From contig LSRY02000072.1 in the NCBI GenBank assembly GCA_001643675.2, forward strand, positions 62,001 through 126,000: a stretch of 64,000 nt of DNA. Direction: 5' to 3'. Positions 38,161 to 50,724 of this stretch are shown here, in pieces; positions within the stretch are counted from its first letter, which is position 1; each line of letters begins with the position of its first letter. Position numbers and translations under genes: made by a program. The notes under the pieces were generated by a model that saw nothing but the letters and a program-made list of their open reading frames with translations, was not told the DNA's origin and made no database searches. The stretch comes from Monocercomonoides exilis PA203 (lineage: Eukaryota > Protista > Preaxostyla).

Positions 38161-39693
38161 ATGATACGAAGTTTATTTAAGGAGAAAAAACAATTTGTTT
38201 CTGTTTGTATTCATTATTTTTAAAACTAATTGAGTAAAATTATTGCGTAATATATTAAAATTATTGCTCAATATTGTTATTTTAACATTTTAAGTTTCTT
38301 GCGCCAATGGTGCGTTATTCTCGATTACCTTTTCGCTTACTGTGCCTAAAATGTGGAGTTGACGTTGTTTATTCTCCAATGTTTGTTGCTGAAGGATTCA
38401 TTCGATCACAAAAAGCTCGAGATGCTGATTTTTTAACAACACAAACGGAAAAAGACAAACTGATTGTTCAATTCGCAGGTTTATTGTTCTTAATTGCTTG
38501 GTTATTTATTTTATTTATATTTTTATTATTTCGTTCGGTGATTTTTCGTTATCAAAATAATAAGCTTGCAATGCGGAAATTCTTACAAAAGCAAGCAGTA
38601 TAGTTGCAAATTATTGCAGTGGAGTTGACTTGAATTGTGGATGCCCTCAAAAGTGGGCAATGGCTGAGGGATATGGATCTGAAATGCTTAATCATCCAGA
38701 CATTATTCAAGATTGTGTAAGATCTGTCAGATGTAACATACCTAATCTACCAATATCTGTGAAGATTCGAATTTGCATTTCTAACAGAGAAACAATGAAA
38801 AATGCAGGAAAACCAAAAACCGATGGAGAAATGGAAAAGGACATGTTTAATGGCGGAGACATGACAAAAACGTTGGAATTAGTGAAAGTAATAGAGAATG
38901 CTGGGGCTGGTGTGTTCGAAATAAGCAATTTTCTGGAATTTGTTTCTTTGTACTAAAAATGCATCAAATAAAACGTTAAAAGCTGTTTTGTGAAAATGCC
39001 TCTAATTTAGTTAATTTTTTATTTTTTACGTTAAATATTTTGTGTGGTTATTCATGCACAATAATGCCATTTCTTATCTTTTTTTTTCATTATTTTTCCA
39101 TCAAAATTTCTCTTAGATTACATAACCATTCACGGAAGGACCTGTCTGAATGCATCTGCGTCTTCATCAGTTTCTCTTGAGGCCATTAAAATGGTGAAGG
39201 AAACAGCCTCAATTCCAGTTGTGGCAAATGGAGATGTCTTCTCTTTGGAGAAAGCAATCTATACGAAGGAGCAAACTGGAGTGTGCAAAAGATTATTTTT
39301 ATTTATACATTCATTAATTTTACTTTATTTAATTAATTCATTTTTAAACATAATAATTATATGTGTAATTCTATTTATCCATTTATTTTATTTTATTTTA
39401 TTTTTTTATTTTTTTATTTCATTCATTTCAATCATCACCAGGTCGATGGCATCATGTCTGCCCGTGGTCTCCTCCAAAATCCAGCCTTTTTCACTGGATG
39501 CCCCAGGCCTCCATTAAGCGTCTTCACTGACTTCTACAAGCTTGCTGTTGATTACACGCTCCCTTTCAAGCTCTTGCACAACCACACAATGATGATGGCA
39601 TTTCCTCTCCTTTCAAAATCAGAAAGACAAACTTTGTCTATGTGCAACTCGCCTTCGATGCTTTTTGACATCTGCAAGGAGCTTATTTGGTGA
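38161..39693 (+). CDS. DUS4: tRNA-dihydrouridine synthase, Dus4-like (multi-exon)
   Basis: APMVRYSRLPFR, YSPMFVA..FIRSQKARDADF, LIVQFA, GVDLNCGCPQKWAMAEGYG, ITIHGRT, PVVANGDVFS and DGIMSARGLLQNPAFF occur across GT-AG-separated exons. Confidence 0.92.
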
Positions 39694-40188
39694 AGGATTT
39701 TGAATAGGTTTTTAATTTAATGTTATCAATGAGGAGATTTGTTTATATTTAAAAGGTGGACGTTGGGAAGATGTTTTTAAGATTTTTGATTTTTATAAAA
39801 ATCATTAAAGGAATTTACAAAATTATAAATAACAATGTATAAATAACTTCAATCGAAATATTTTTAAAGCAAGCTGCAGCTTTTATAAAACAAGTTTAGG
39901 TTGTTACAAGCATCCTTTTTAAAAACATCCTTTTTAAAATGTTATTTAAAAAATGCTCTTCAAAACAATACTGCTTTCATTATTAACGTGAGATCAATAT
40001 TTCACAGTGTGAAGGAAAGCAAATCATAAATTAATAATAAAAATAAAAGTTTTTGTCTTTTTATTATTAACAATTTGTTTTTAAAGTATATAGAAAAATA
40101 TGGAAAAGTATATTCATTTCCCTGAAAAATCATTTGATCAATGTCATAACATAATTTGAATAATAAAAGGTTGTTTTAATTGCTGATT

Positions 40189-41794
40189 ATGCCGCCTGGG
40201 GACTATCCAGACGCTATCGAAGTTATTCCAAGTATCCAATTATTTTTTATGAAATTATAATATATTTATTGTTTATTTATTTTGTGTACATTTTCATAAT
40301 TTTAATTTATTAAAGATCGGCTTTATTACGTTTCTTTGAACTCTACACCAGAAGAAACAGAAACAGAAAGATTTTTTACTACTGACTCGTCACTTGTATA
40401 TCGCCCATTTTCTTCAGATTTTGGGCCATTGAATCTTTCTTGCGTTTTTCGATTTTGCGATACAATCCAAAAAGTATTGAAGGTATACAAGAAAGTTGCT
40501 TTTAATATGTGATTCACTGATTTTGATTTTAACTTTTATTCAATTTTATAATATTCCCGACACATTTATTTCATTTAGGATACCGAAGATAAAGGAATTA
40601 CATTTTATTACTATTCAAGCTTTGATGGGCATAAACGATCAAATGCAGCCTTTTTAATGGCTTCATATATAGTAATGTGTCTTGGCAAAACTCCAGAAGA
40701 AGCAATTTTGCCGTTTTCGCAGATGTATCCTCCTCTGCCTCCTTTTCGTGATGCGTCAGTTGGACTTTCAACAATGAATCTCACAGTCGTTGACTGTCTT
40801 AAAGGCCTTTACAAAGGTTACAACTGCGGGTTTTTTGATCTTTCAACATTCAATCACCAAGAGTTTGTTATTTTTCAGTAATATTTAAAAAATCAATTAT
40901 ATCATTTTCTTTTTTTTCTGCTTCTTAGATATGAATATTATGAGAAATGTGAAAATGGAGAAATTAATTGGATTGTACCAAACAAAATCTTAGCATTTCC
41001 TTCACCAACACACACCGATGTTGTCACGCCATTTGGGATAATTTCACATTGCCCCGAGTTTTTTGTCGACTTGTTTATTTCCTGGAATGTGACGTGTGTC
41101 ATCCGCCTGAACAACAAGCTCTACGACTCCCGGAAGTTCACAATGAAAGGCATCGACCACCACGACCTGTACTTCGACGACGGCTCCGTCCCATCTCTGG
41201 ACATTGTGGAGCGGTTTTTGTCGATCGTCTCCTCAGCGCGGGGGGCTGTGGCTGTGCACTGCAAAGCTGGGCTGGGGAGGACGGGGACGCTGATTGGGTG
41301 CTGCCTGATGAGAGACTACGGCTTCACGGCGACAGAGGCGATTGCGTGGCTGAGGATGTGCAGGCCGGGGAGTGTGGTTGGCGCGCAGCAGCACTTTCTG
41401 AAGGAGATGGAGGAGAAGTACAGAGAAGAGGAAGAAGAGGGGGAAAGAGAGAGGGAAAGAGAAAGAGGGTATATGATGGGAAACAACAGAGGAAGAAGCA
41501 GGAGCATTGATGATGGATACCGCAGTGATGGAGGGTGTTTGAGTTTTGAGAGGGAAGAAGGGAATCAGTTTGGCGAGTTTGGTGAGATGGGAGAGGATGT
41601 GTTTGGAGGAGAAGGAGGGGATCATTGGGTGAGGGAAGACGAAGAGGCAGAGATGGGAATGGGAACGGGAACGGGAATGGAAGGAGAAAGAGAAGGAGAA
41701 AGAAGGAATTCGGCAAGTGTGTTATTTGAAATATTTTGAGAGAAAGAGAGAGAGAGAAAGAGAAAGAGAAAGAGAAAGAGAGAAAGAGAAAGAG

Positions 41795-41855
<61 letters not shown>

Positions 41856-44171
41856 AGAGAGAAAGAGAAAGAGAAAGAAAAGGATTGTATTGCTTTTCTG
41901 TTGAGCTCATTTATTTTTTTTTTCCATTTATTTTCTTTCATTTTTTTTCAAAATTTAATATTTTGTTTTTTTTTTAACCCACCTTAATAACAAACAGGCA
42001 AATCTTCTCGCTCTCTTTCATCTGGCCACTCACAAACACATCACTCTCCATTCCAATCAATGCCTTCTTCTTCTTCTTCTTCTTCTTCTTCTTCATTTCC
42101 CCCTGAAATTTCTCCTCTTTCCTCCTCCTCTTCCTCTTCTCCCTCTTCTTCTTCCTCTTCCTTCCCTCTCTCTCGCTCCTCCCTCCGTTCTCAAAGCCAG
42201 CCACGTTCAATGTCTTCTTCCCATTCAACAAACAAACGCCAAACAAAAACAAAGTTTCCATTCACTCCTCAATTGACAAGACAATTGTCTTCTCAACAGA
42301 GCAATGGAATGAATGCAAACAATACAAATGCTTTTGTTTCTTCTTCTTCTTCTTCTTCTTCTTCTTCCTATCCTTCTCGTCTCGGTTTAAATTCTCTTCC
42401 CCCTCTCTCTTCCGTCTCTTCTCTCTCTTCTTCCCAACAGCTCATTCCTCCTCCTCCTTCTTCTGCTCTTTCTTCCTCTTCCTCTTCTTTCTCTTCCAAT
42501 CCACGTAACACACCCTCTTCTGCCACTTCACATTCACCTCACTCTTATTCATTTCCTTCTTCTTCTTCTTCTTCTTCTTCTTTCTCCTCTTCTTCCTCTT
42601 CCTCCTCCTCTTCCTCTTCCTCTCCATTCACTGCAATGATCCGCACAGCCTCTATTCTCCAGAGCAGAGAAGGCATTCACCGCCCTTCTTCTCCGCCTGC
42701 ACTCGAAAGAGAAAGAGAAAGAGAAATCCAAAGAGAAAGAGAAAATGATAGAAAAAGAGATAAAATGACAGAAAGAGAAAGAGAAAGAGAAAGAGAAAGA
42801 GAGAGCGAAAAGAAGAAGAGTTTAGCTTATCATTCGCGTGCTGCTTATTCGTCGCCAGCTGCCGATCACATTCTTCATTCACACGGAAGAAAGAGAGAAA
42901 GCTATCGAAATAATAATAATAATAATAATAATAATATCAATGTTAACTCGAATGCTGGCACATCTTCTGCTATTTTGATGCTCTCTTCGATGCCCCTTTC
43001 TGCTTTGAATAATGACAATCTAATTTCTTCTTCTTCTTCTTCTTCCTCTTCTTTTCAAGCAAACCCTGCTGCTGCTTCGTTTGATGAGCTGGTTAGAGCT
43101 GAAACAATATGTGCTTCTTCTTCTCTTTCTCCTTCTTCCTCTTCCCCTTCCTCCTCTTCCTCTTCTCCTTCTTCTTCTTCTTCTAATTCTTCATTCATCA
43201 CCACCCCTTCCTCTTCTCCTTCTTCTTCTCTCCCCTCGTTCCCTTCCACAAATCCTTCAGATGACATCTCAAAATCTTCTTTTCCTTCTTCTTTTCCTTC
43301 TTCTTCTATTTCTTCTTCTTCTTCTTCTTCTTCTTCTTCCTTCTCTTCCTCCTTCAAGAACTCCAGGCCTTCCACTTCTTATCTCTCTCTTCGCCAGCCG
43401 CCTCTTCTCACTCAAAATGCTGCTGCTTCCTCGCCTTCTTCGCCTTCTTCCTCTTCTTCTTTCCTTCCTTCTTCTTCTTCTTCTATTTCCTCTTCTTCCT
43501 TTGATCAGTTATCATCTACTGCCTTTGCAAACCCAACAGCATTTTCATCTTCAATCATTGGAATGTCTTCTTCTTCTTCTTCTCCATCTTCTTCGTCTTC
43601 TTCTTATTCATCTTCCATTTCACAACCATCATCATCATCATCTTCTTCTTCTTCTTCCTCTTCCTCTTCCTCTTCCTCTTTCCTTCCAACTGGTTATGTG
43701 CCCACACGTGCATATTCTTCCATCCGCCCTTCAAAAACACCCTCTGCAAACTCTTCTTGTCTGCCTTCGTCGCTTCGCAAAGGAAAGATTTCAGCTTCTT
43801 CCCTTTCCCAATCAAGAACATATCATCATCCTTCTTCTTCTCTTTCTTCTTCTTCTAATTCTTCCTTCTCAGTTGATTCATTGCCTTCTTTCCCCTCTGC
43901 CAGCTCTTCTTCTTCTTCTTCTTCTTCCTCTTCCTCTTCCTCTCATCCGGCAAAGACAGCGCTGATTCGAATGACTTCTGATGCACAAAAAGCACAAAAA
44001 ACACAAAAAACACAAAAAACACAAAAAACACAAGCAATTTCGAAAACAATGCAGACACCGCTGATATCAATCCATTTTGAGCCATCGTCCAATCCTCTGA
44101 CATCCATAATTTCTCCGGGGACGAACTCACGCACAATAATTATTCCGAACAGCGGATTTTCGCCTGTTTGA
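40189..44171 (+). CDS. CDC14: Cdc14-family dual-specificity phosphatase with long Ser-rich C-terminal tail
   Basis: YRPFSSDFGPLNL, KRSNAAFLMASY, PFRDAS, YEYYEKCENGEINWIVP, VIRLNNKLYD, DLYFDDGSVP, catalytic AVHCKAGLGRTGTLI and AIAWLRMCRPGSVVGAQQ. Intron about 41717-41997 leads to the last exon ending 44171. Confidence 0.95.
41738..41882 (+). repeat. Polypurine microsatellite (AGAAAG)n/(AAAG)n/(AG)n in a CDC14 intron
   Basis: About 145 bp of uninterrupted purines, directly visible. Confidence 0.9.
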
Positions 44172-45147
44172 AATGGCAAAATAGAAGCACGTACAACATT
44201 GCTCTTTCAAATGAAAATAAAAATAAAAATAAAAATTAAAACCATCAAAAAATGATTGTGAATGTGATGTGTTAAATACAAAATAATCTTTGAAATTCTG
44301 TTATTTTGTAACATAAAATGACTATCATTCATTTCACATTTTTTTTGTATTTTTTGTTTCTTTTTCACAATTGTATCTTTTTTTAATTACAAGTTTGCAA
44401 TTCTTATTTTGGCTATTTTTGCAATCAGTGACTAAAAGTTGGCATTTATGCTGATGCATCACATGAGACATTGAAAAGCAGTAAGTTCATCAAATCAAAA
44501 ATAAAGCCAACAAAACACAAAAATATCCAATTGAATCATGTTTTCTTAAAAGTGCGTTATTAAATTCTCGAATTAGAAATTCATTTTCATGTGTCACATT
44601 TTCTGTTTTGTTTGGAATTTTAAAAGCGAAAATAACTGTATCATGAACATTTCTCGTGAAACAACTTATAAAAATAAAATGTCTCAAAAATAAATTGCTG
44701 TACTTGATTTTTAATAAGTGGAAATAGTGTTCATATCAAAAGGAATGTTTTATATTTGCATTTTGAGATGTTTATTTGAAAAACATAAAAATTATTAAAA
44801 AAGAGAAAAAAATTCGGCCACCACAGGAATAGTACCTGCAACATGCAACGTAATTCAAACATTTTACTCACATGTTGCACGTGTTACTCCTGTGATGACA
44901 ACAGAAAGTTCTTTCATTTGCCATTTAAAATAAACCAATTGGATCGATCAAAAAAAAATTTCAATAAAAAATATTCTTCATTTCTCAATTATTGTTTGCA
45001 AAATTCATTTAAGGATATCTTAATATAAAGAATTAATGTTGTGCATTTATTCCAATAACATTTTCAGTTAATAAAAAATAAACTTTGTGAACTTGATTTT
45101 TTTTGAGAAATAACCATAATGAAACTTGTGATGTTTGATGGATAAAA

Positions 45148-48100
45148 ATGTCGATTTTTTCAGTTGTGGCAAAGTACTCATCGACGGGGGTAGGAATTTT
45201 ATTTTTGCGTTTTTGCGTTTATTATGTTTTTGTGGTGGGTGCTTTGTTCGATTTTTATTTTGTTTTTGAGGCCAAATATTTGGATAGCAACAAGGGAGAT
45301 TTTGTTTGTGTGCTCAAGGAGTCAGGTTCCGGGTGGGCGTATTGTTGCAACAGCTCAGGGAAAAAAGGTGTGCACGAGCATATGTTTTCTTTGGCCTTGC
45401 CGAACTGTTTGATAGGATTTCTGCCGAAAAAATATCTGAAGCCAATTTCCTCGTTTGATGATGCTCTTGAGGTTAAGGAAGAAAACTCTCCGAAAATGGT
45501 TTTTGAGAACAAGCTGCAGTCTCTCAGCCCCGCAGGAGGAGAATGCGAAGCAGAATTTGTTGACGAAAAATCATCTTCTTGCTGCGCGAGCTGCAAGTCT
45601 GCGAAAATGAAAGTTGGAAAACTGGTAGAAAGCGAACCTTGTCTGGACTGTGGAGGCAGCGATTATGCGGTTGTTATTGCAGATTATGACGGAAAGATGC
45701 AGAACAAGAGATGTCTGACGATTAAAAGTCGAGATGTTGTGAGAATATTGGAAAAAGGCGGAGATTGGTGGAGGTGCGAGCTGAACGGGGAGAAGGGGCT
45801 TTGCCCATCAAATCTTTTGAAAACAGAAAAAGAAGTCGAGCTTCTCACAAGAAAATATGCGCATCGAAAACGGAACTGGGCAAACAGAATTGTCGAAGGA
45901 AAGAGACGCGCAGCAAAAGCACCAACACCCCGTCATGCCGAAGATCAAAAGCTGCCAACAGAAGGCTTCTGCACTTCGTATCATTCAGAGGAGCACAACA
46001 CAAGCGCACCAGCTGGCTTGACATTTTCGTCCACCTCATTTCCGCTCAAAGCGTCAAAATCAGAAATTGCTTTTCACGCACCATCTTCAACAGACACAAC
46101 ACAGAGCAAGAAAGGCGATGCAAACATTTCGAGAGAACAATCAGTCACAGCGGGAGCAGCAGATTGCACTCAGGGAAGGGCGTCTTGCCTTCCTCAAAGT
46201 GAGATATCGAATGCAGAAACACCAATCTGCTCATTGCCTTCAAAAGCGCCCTGCGAAAAGCCAAACATCTGCGCAATTCCAAATGCGTCAGCAAAATCTG
46301 ATGGTTGTTCAGATGCAAGTGCCGAGCCAAATCAGACATCAAAGCTGAAATGGCAGTATCAGCAAGTCGAAAAAGCGCAGACGAAGGAGCAATGGCCACA
46401 ACAACAACAACAACAGCAACAGCAACAGACACAACAGTTCTGTTTGTGTCGCCCTGCTGTTCCAATGCAAGCACAGCATTTTCAGCTGCAGACATCGCGT
46501 GGGTACAACACTTGCAATGCATTCAATGCGTCTCGTTCATTCAACACATTCAACACCCACAATGCATGCAATTCTTATAACCCGTTCAACACGTTCAGTT
46601 ATCCAAACATGCGCAGCACATGCAATGCACACAAGACGTGTCCCACCTTCTCTTCTTGTAAGCCTGACTCTTCTGCTGCATCGTGTCGCCCTCAAACAGC
46701 AAGAACCAGCAGCATCCAACAGAACACGGCATCTGCTTCTTCTGCCTCTTTGTTTTATTACAGGCCTCGCTCTACAAATGCTTCTATTTCTTCTTCTTCT
46801 TCTCCATCTTTAAGTTCTCCTTCTGCTTCGCCACAAGCATTTTCTGCTCCTTTCAAAGTGCCAACAAAAACACCATCTCCTGCATCTCCTTCTTCAACCA
46901 CACTTACTCCATCATCACCATCATCGTCGTCGTCATCATTATCAACCATTTCTTATCCAGTCAACTTTCCGTCGCCTGTGCCAGATGCCAAGATCAATCT
47001 TCTTTCTCCGTCTCCTCTTCCTCTTCATCCTTCCTTCCCTTCCCTTCCTTCCCTTCCTCTTTTGCCACCATGTTATTTGGCACTCAACAAACAGGACAAA
47101 CAGGCTGTGAATTCTGTCCAAATGCCAGTGGCAACTCAGCAATGTGCAGATTGTATTGAAAAGCTCAATGACTGCAATCAAACTTCATCATCACAATCTT
47201 TATTGCCGTCATCAATTGACACAATTGAACAACCAACAACAACATCCACACCCACATCTTCTCATATGCCATTTGATAAGCATCAAAAAAAGCATCAAAA
47301 AAAGCATCAACATCAGCATAAACATGAACATAAACAGAAATGCAAACAACATCGACAACATTTGCTGGAGCAGAACTTGCCAACAGACCACACTCAAATG
47401 CCAGTTGCTTCTCTGTCTGAATGGAAGGAGTCAAAAGAAGGAATTGAAGAAGCGAGAAAGGCAGAAGAAGAGCACAAAAAAAGGGAGAAGAAGACAGCTG
47501 AATTGAGAACAATGGAAAGGCCAGTGAAATCTGATTTGAGTCATCCATCAAGGGAACTCCAAACAGAACAGTTGAATGCTCCATCATCAACAACATCATC
47601 ATCATCTTCTTCTTCTTCCTCCACTTTGAATTCAACTGCTTCATCTTCCCCCAAGGTGTGTGTTGTGACAGGCGGGGCTGGCGGAATAGGCAGATGCTGT
47701 GTGACGAAGCTGTTGAAGGAAGGGCTTGTGGTGATTGCGATGGATGTGAGCGAAGAGGAAGGGAGGGAAATGGTGCAGAAAATGGCAGAAGGGGAAGAAG
47801 AAGAAGAAGAAGTGAAGAAAGATATTAACCTTATTTCCATTCAGCAACAGAAATCAAACGAGAAGCCATCAATTCAAAGAAAGCATTTTTCAATCACACA
47901 ATTTGAAGGGCATTCAGTCTTTGCATTTCCACCGATAACTGAAATAACTTCATCATCATCATCAACATTATCTTCTTCTCTTCTCTCTCAGCGCCAACTG
48001 ATCTATTTCGCAGGCAATCCATCAGATGAAAGCGATTTGAATGTGTTTGTTTTGTTTGTCCGATCAACAGGATTTGCAGTCAGAAGTCTCATCACAGCGC

Positions 48101-49212
48101 CTTCTGTCTGTTTGGATTGGTGGGATAAGAAAGAAGATTGTGCGAGTGGAAGGAAAGAGGGAAAAGGAAAAATAAAAGGAAGAAGAAAAGGAAAAGAAGA
48201 AAGAAAATCAAATAAAAAAGTTGAATCCAATGAAGTGGATTCTCCATCTTCTTCGTTTCAACAGCCAACGCCAACAGAAGCAAAGGCAAAGACAACAATG
48301 CCTTCATTGTTTTCTTCTTCTTCTTCTTCTTCTTCTTCCTCATCTCCCACTCAACATTCATATCCTTCATCTCCTTCTCATCCCTCTTCTTTCTCTCTCT
48401 TCCGCCAAATGCTCAGTGAATGTGTGATTTCTCCTTCTGTTTTGGTGTCTTCGCTTTCAGACAGATTTTCTCTTGGTGCAAGTGTTGTGTTCATCTCCTC
48501 TCCACTCAATTGCTCTTCATCATTTTCATCATTGCCATCAACACCATCCCCTTCTTCTTCTTCTTCTTCTTCTTCTTCTTCTTCTTCTTCTTCTTCTCTT
48601 TTTCCTCCTTCTTCTGATGCCATTTGTGTCCAGCGTGGAAGTCTGGATTGTCTGACGAGGCGTCTTTCAGCTGTGTATTTGGGTGTTGCGAGAGTGAATG
48701 CGATTCATCCTGGCTGGATGGACACGAAAAAGAGCATTTTGGAGAATGGAAGGAGAGAAGAAGCAAAGATGTGTGAATGCAAGGGAAGTGGCAGAGATGG
48801 TGATGGTGGTGGTGATGATGATGAAGACGATGGAATAGATTGCTCTTTGCCTGTTTTCTGCTCGTTGGAGGATTCGACTGAAGGGGTGGAGACAACAAAA
48901 GCGTCTGCAAAGTCTTCTGCTGGATGCTCTTTTTCTGCTGACAAATCGACATTTTTGAATTCGTCGCCTTGTTTGCGCACACCAAACATGACGCCAAACT
49001 CCTTTTCTGCTTTGTCCTCTCCTGCTTCTTCCTTTTCGCTTCCGACACATCCACTTTTGGCGCCGCTCTGCTTCAACAGGCAGATTTCAGAGCCGCAAAG
49101 AGGAAGACGCGAAGATGCTGCGAACTTGGCGGTGTTTTTATGCAGCGACGAAGCATCATTTATTTCAGGGCAGTGCATCAGTGTGGATGGAGGGTTTGGG
49201 AACAGCTATTAG
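45148..49212 (+). CDS. Two SH3 domains, low-complexity linker and degenerate short-chain dehydrogenase/reductase (SDR) domain
   Basis: SH3: VVIADYDG...LTIKSRDVVRILEKGGDWWRCELNGEKGLCPSNLL. A first SH3 appears after removing introns 45190-45270 and 45368-45415. SDR: KVCVVTGGAGGIGRCCV, RVNAIHPGWMDT and AANLAVFLCSDEASFISGQCISVDGG. Start codon uncertain. Confidence 0.85.
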   Translation: MSIFSVVAKYSSTGVGILFLRFCVYYVFVVGALFDFYFVFEAKYLDSNKGDFVCVLKESGSGWAYCCNSSGKKGVHEHMFSLALPNCLIGFLPKKYLKPISSFDDALEVKEENSPKMVFENKLQSLSPAGGECEAEFVDEKSSSCCASCKSAKMKVGKLVESEPCLDCGGSDYAVVIADYDGKMQNKRCLTIKSRDVVRILEKGGDWWRCELNGEKGLCPSNLLKTEKEVELLTRKYAHRKRNWANRIVEGKRRAAKAPTPRHAEDQKLPTEGFCTSYHSEEHNTSAPAGLTFSSTSFPLKASKSEIAFHAPSSTDTTQSKKGDANISREQSVTAGAADCTQGRASCLPQSEISNAETPICSLPSKAPCEKPNICAIPNASAKSDGCSDASAEPNQTSKLKWQYQQVEKAQTKEQWPQQQQQQQQQQTQQFCLCRPAVPMQAQHFQLQTSRGYNTCNAFNASRSFNTFNTHNACNSYNPFNTFSYPNMRSTCNAHKTCPTFSSCKPDSSAASCRPQTARTSSIQQNTASASSASLFYYRPRSTNASISSSSSPSLSSPSASPQAFSAPFKVPTKTPSPASPSSTTLTPSSPSSSSSSLSTISYPVNFPSPVPDAKINLLSPSPLPLHPSFPSLPSLPLLPPCYLALNKQDKQAVNSVQMPVATQQCADCIEKLNDCNQTSSSQSLLPSSIDTIEQPTTTSTPTSSHMPFDKHQKKHQKKHQHQHKHEHKQKCKQHRQHLLEQNLPTDHTQMPVASLSEWKESKEGIEEARKAEEEHKKREKKTAELRTMERPVKSDLSHPSRELQTEQLNAPSSTTSSSSSSSSSTLNSTASSSPKVCVVTGGAGGIGRCCVTKLLKEGLVVIAMDVSEEEGREMVQKMAEGEEEEEEVKKDINLISIQQQKSNEKPSIQRKHFSITQFEGHSVFAFPPITEITSSSSSTLSSSLLSQRQLIYFAGNPSDESDLNVFVLFVRSTGFAVRSLITAPSVCLDWWDKKEDCASGRKEGKGKIKGRRKGKEERKSNKKVESNEVDSPSSSFQQPTPTEAKAKTTMPSLFSSSSSSSSSSSPTQHSYPSSPSHPSSFSLFRQMLSECVISPSVLVSSLSDRFSLGASVVFISSPLNCSSSFSSLPSTPSPSSSSSSSSSSSSSSSLFPPSSDAICVQRGSLDCLTRRLSAVYLGVARVNAIHPGWMDTKKSILENGRREEAKMCECKGSGRDGDGGGDDDEDDGIDCSLPVFCSLEDSTEGVETTKASAKSSAGCSFSADKSTFLNSSPCLRTPNMTPNSFSALSSPASSFSLPTHPLLAPLCFNRQISEPQRGRREDAANLAVFLCSDEASFISGQCISVDGGFGNSY

Positions 49213-50724
49213 AGAGACGATAACTGGGATGTGGAAGAGAAAGAGAAAGAGAAAGAGGAACAAATAAAAAGAGTTTGGGTGCTTTTGTGAGATGAAGATG
49301 CGAATGTGCTTGCGATGAAGGAGAAGATGACCGAAAAAATTGTTGAGTTTAAACACAGCAACTGTTTATTTATTTATTTATTTCTTGCTTTCAAAGCAAT
49401 TTCAGGATTATTCTTGATTTTTGAAGAGATCTTTTTCGAGTTCTGTTGATTGAATGAGATGTTGGGATGCTGCCAATGTGTGTATTTATTGAGCACAGAA
49501 ATGCTGTTATTGTGCATTGAGGTCAGTTGGAGCATTTGCTTAATCCTGAAAAATCAATTGTTGTTTTTCATTTTTAAACACAAATTTATGTTGATTCTTT
49601 CATTTGTTTGTGTGTTTGTTTTGATAGAAAAATTCTTGTTTCATATTGTTAAAGAATACAAATATATGCATTTTTTATTTGACCTCACAACATTCACACC
49701 ACCCCACCCGCCTCTTTATTTCATGGCATTGCTCACAGTTTTCTTGTCATGTTTTTGCAAATGTTTATTTAATCTTTGTTTTCATTTTATTTTCTGTTAA
49801 TTTTTCCTCCTCTTATCTTTATTTGTGTTTTTTTTTCTTTTCAAAACATTAAATTCGTGAAATGTTTCATATTTCTTTCTTTTTCTGCGACAATGCCAAT
49901 TGCCATTCACATTCTTTGATTTGATAATTGTGTTATTTTGCCATGTTTTGCTTCATTTTTTCAGAAGTTAGAAAAGACCACTTTTGCTTTTGTTTGCTAA
50001 ATTATATATTTTTATGATTCATTTTTTCGTATTGAAGTCTTTGAAGCATGATTTGCACCATTCTTTTGCTTCCAGATTTTTGTTGAATGTGTTTTTTGAA
50101 TGAAGAATTTCTTTCTTTCTTTCTTTTTCTTTCTTTTTCTTTTGAAAATGCAAAATCTCCACAACAGTTTCAATGAAGTTTCACTGAAACGATTTATTTC
50201 TTTTGCACTTATGTATGAATAATCATCACAGTCACCACGTTTTCTCTGAGATTTTGCTTTTCTTCCTGAGCGAATGGTTGCATTATCTTTAATGTGATTG
50301 TTTTAGGTTTTTGACACAGCAACAAAAATCAACAAAAGAAATTGCATCGTTGTTTTCAATTGTTTTGATAGGCACAAAAAAAAAAGCTTGATGAATAACA
50401 GGAACAGTTTTTGAGCATTTAATTTTATTTTCAAACAGCCTACAAACATCATCTTTTCCACACAAAAAATCAGTTTCAAAAGAAATGGAAAAAATGAAAT
50501 GAATTGCGTTTCAGTGAAATGAATTAACATTTTGAATTGCCAAAATCTTGATGAGTTTTAAATGCATCAAAAAGGATCTCGCTGATTCAGCGTGTCATTG
50601 CACTTTTTCAGAGGAAAAGATTTGAACAAAATTTGAAGCAAATTCATCATCCAAATCTGGCAGCTTTCCATTTGTCTGGATGCATTTTGTTTAGTGAGTG
50701 TATTCATCGCATCGAACCAAATGT

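Noticed and set aside
39911-39940. 15-bp tandem duplication CATCCTTTTTAAAA
   Set aside because: Ordinary slippage-scale repeat in AT-rich intergenic DNA.
44836-44880. Short inverted repeat TGCAACATG...CATGTTGCA
   Set aside because: Only 9 bp, single copy and no TSD; could be chance.
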